From assembly GCA_964432055.1 (NCBI GenBank), contig CAYSMD010000002.1, positions 1-53,862 of the forward strand: a stretch of DNA of 53,862 bases. The letters are read 5' to 3'. This DNA comes from an uncultured Candidatus Saccharibacteria bacterium (GTDB lineage: Bacteria > Patescibacteriota > Saccharimonadia > CAILAD01 > GCA-016700035). Of this stretch, positions 53,031 to 53,862 are shown one piece after another. The translations under genes and the position numbers were made by a program. The notes beneath the pieces were generated by a model. It was not told where the DNA came from and did not search any database. It was given only the letters and a program-made list of their open reading frames with translations. Every line of letters starts with the position of its first letter. The first letter of the stretch is position 1.

Positions 53031-53770
53031 GATAGTTTCGTCTTGCGTCGCGATAAATAAATAGTGGCACCAATAAATAATCCCGTCATGATCATACTAA
53101 AGGCGACAAGCACCGAAGTCGACATATCTATGGTGCCTGAACCGAAAAATGGTCTTGATACGTATATTCCACCGATTGCAAGAAAGCCGATTGCAAATGC
53201 GCGCAACCGTATTTTTTGAGCACGGTTCGTGAGTTGCAGCGATTGGCTCCAAAAGCGTGCCGCGAGGAATAACAGACTGGCGTATTGGATAGCAGATACG
53301 ACCTGATAGCCCATCGATACCACGTAATTGATCGACCATGCTCCATTGACATAGGTTAATGTCACGGGATTTGCGAGATTCACCTGTGCGGTGATCGCAA
53401 TCCCGACAAGCACAACCATGGCATCGGCGATAACCACCAGTATGCGTGCCCATCGCAGCCGCGGCAAATACACCCTCGCCACAGCCACCCACAAGATAAA
53501 CAAAGCGATAAACTGCAATGCATCACCGACGATGGTACTTATCGTCAGTACATTACTATCGGTCGTCAGAAGCGGCGGCAATGCATACACCGTAAAGCAT
53601 GCCAGCCACGTTATGGCACTCAGTCCAAAGAGTCGATTCAGTGAATTCCCGCTCGTGTCTCGGACAGCAAAGCTCCGCAATGCCACTACTAGAAAGAATG
53701 GCCAGCCTATATACCAATGAATTGCATTCAGCGGAAGACGCATCTGCAAGTCATTATACCACTTATGCAA
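53027..53770 (-). CDS. polytopic (about 7 TM) membrane protein, paralog of the previous gene (TTG 53770 or ATG 53743 start)
   Basis: Overlaps the downstream paralog by 4 nt. Shared motifs as noted for that gene. Confidence 0.6.
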   Translation of the reverse strand: MHKWYNDLQMRLPLNAIHWYIGWPFFLVVALRSFAVRDTSGNSLNRLFGLSAITWLACFTVYALPPLLTTDSNVLTISTIVGDALQFIALFILWVAVARVYLPRLRWARILVVIADAMVVLVGIAITAQVNLANPVTLTYVNGAWSINYVVSMGYQVVSAIQYASLLFLAARFWSQSLQLTNRAQKIRLRAFAIGFLAIGGIYVSRPFFGSGTIDMSTSVLVAFSMIMTGLFIGATIYLSRRKTKLS

Positions 53771-53775
53771 AGAAC

Positions 53776-53802
53776 AAAAAAAACACCCTTTTAGAAAGAG
53801 TG
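53776..53802 (-). terminator. intrinsic terminator downstream of tRNA-Thr
   Basis: The minus strand reads CACTCTTT-cta-AAAGGGTG followed by TTTTTTTTG. Confidence 0.55.
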
Positions 53803-53807
53803 TACTA

Positions 53808-53862
53808 TGGAGCCCGCGAGAGGACTTGAACCCCCAACCTACGGTTTACAAAACCGTTGCTC
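53808..53862 (-). tRNA. tRNA-Thr (anticodon UGU), 3' 55 nt only (5' part beyond window edge)
   Basis: The reverse complement gives anticodon arm ACGGT-TTTGTAA-ACCGT, T arm GGGGG-TTCAAGT-CCTCT, acceptor 3' strand CGCGGGC, then T-CCA. Confidence 0.8.

Noticed and set aside
1-53862. Looked for CRISPR arrays, rRNA genes, transposases, integrases and long direct or terminal inverted repeats
   Set aside because: I saw no regularly spaced repeats, no DDE or tyrosine/serine recombinase motifs in any listed ORF, and no rRNA-like conserved strings.

Overview
This is a 53.9-kb, gene-dense bacterial chromosomal window. GC is about 50% by eye, the standard genetic code fits, and many gene junctions are 1-30 nt overlaps. 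All calls rest on reading the supplied translations and the raw sequence and on motif recall. No searches were run.

Gene content resembles a reduced-genome Patescibacteria/CPR (Saccharibacteria-like) organism, which is inference only.

Housekeeping backbone:
- msrA, a GDP-mannose-type nucleotidyltransferase, a SulP/STAS transporter, an ABC exporter, tgt, and an archaeal-type aspS.
- The run scpA-scpB-pseudouridine synthase-DD-carboxypeptidase-der-pth, then dprA-topA.
- A stripped-down dcw cluster on the minus strand (rsmH-ftsL-ftsI-mraY-ftsW-murG-ftsQ) with no mraZ, no mur ligases and no ftsA/ftsZ.
- A VIT-family gene, glyQS-recO, peroxiredoxin-SOD-methyltransferase-cupin, tRNA-Trp(CCA), and a partial tRNA-Thr(UGU).

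Less ordinary content:
1. A 1482-aa ORF fuses a roughly 1000-aa extracytoplasmic paired-cysteine repeat domain to an atypical histidine-kinase core. It is translationally coupled to an SGNH/DUF303 esterase. A perfect TGTGA-N6-TCACA box lies upstream, and a Crp/Fnr regulator lies tail-to-tail at its 3' end.
2. A five-gene co-directional block at the left edge runs DUF2779 nuclease, two unknowns, a Macro domain protein, and a minimal FtsK-type ATPase.
3. A degenerate signalling module comprises a membrane-anchored protein, a sensor-less kinase-like protein with eroded ATP-binding motifs, and a receiver with Glu at the phospho-acceptor position. Its last gene is overlap-coupled to recO.
4. An orphan membrane-anchored T4CP/HerA-like ATPase and a sigma-region-4/HARE-HTH/AT-hook chimera lie next to dprA-topA.
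5. Three unusually long non-coding gaps occur in an otherwise compact window: 403 nt, about 820 nt (AT-rich) and 526 nt. They contain inverted repeats and repeated motifs that I cannot assign to any known RNA family.

No CRISPR array, rRNA, transposase or integrase was seen.
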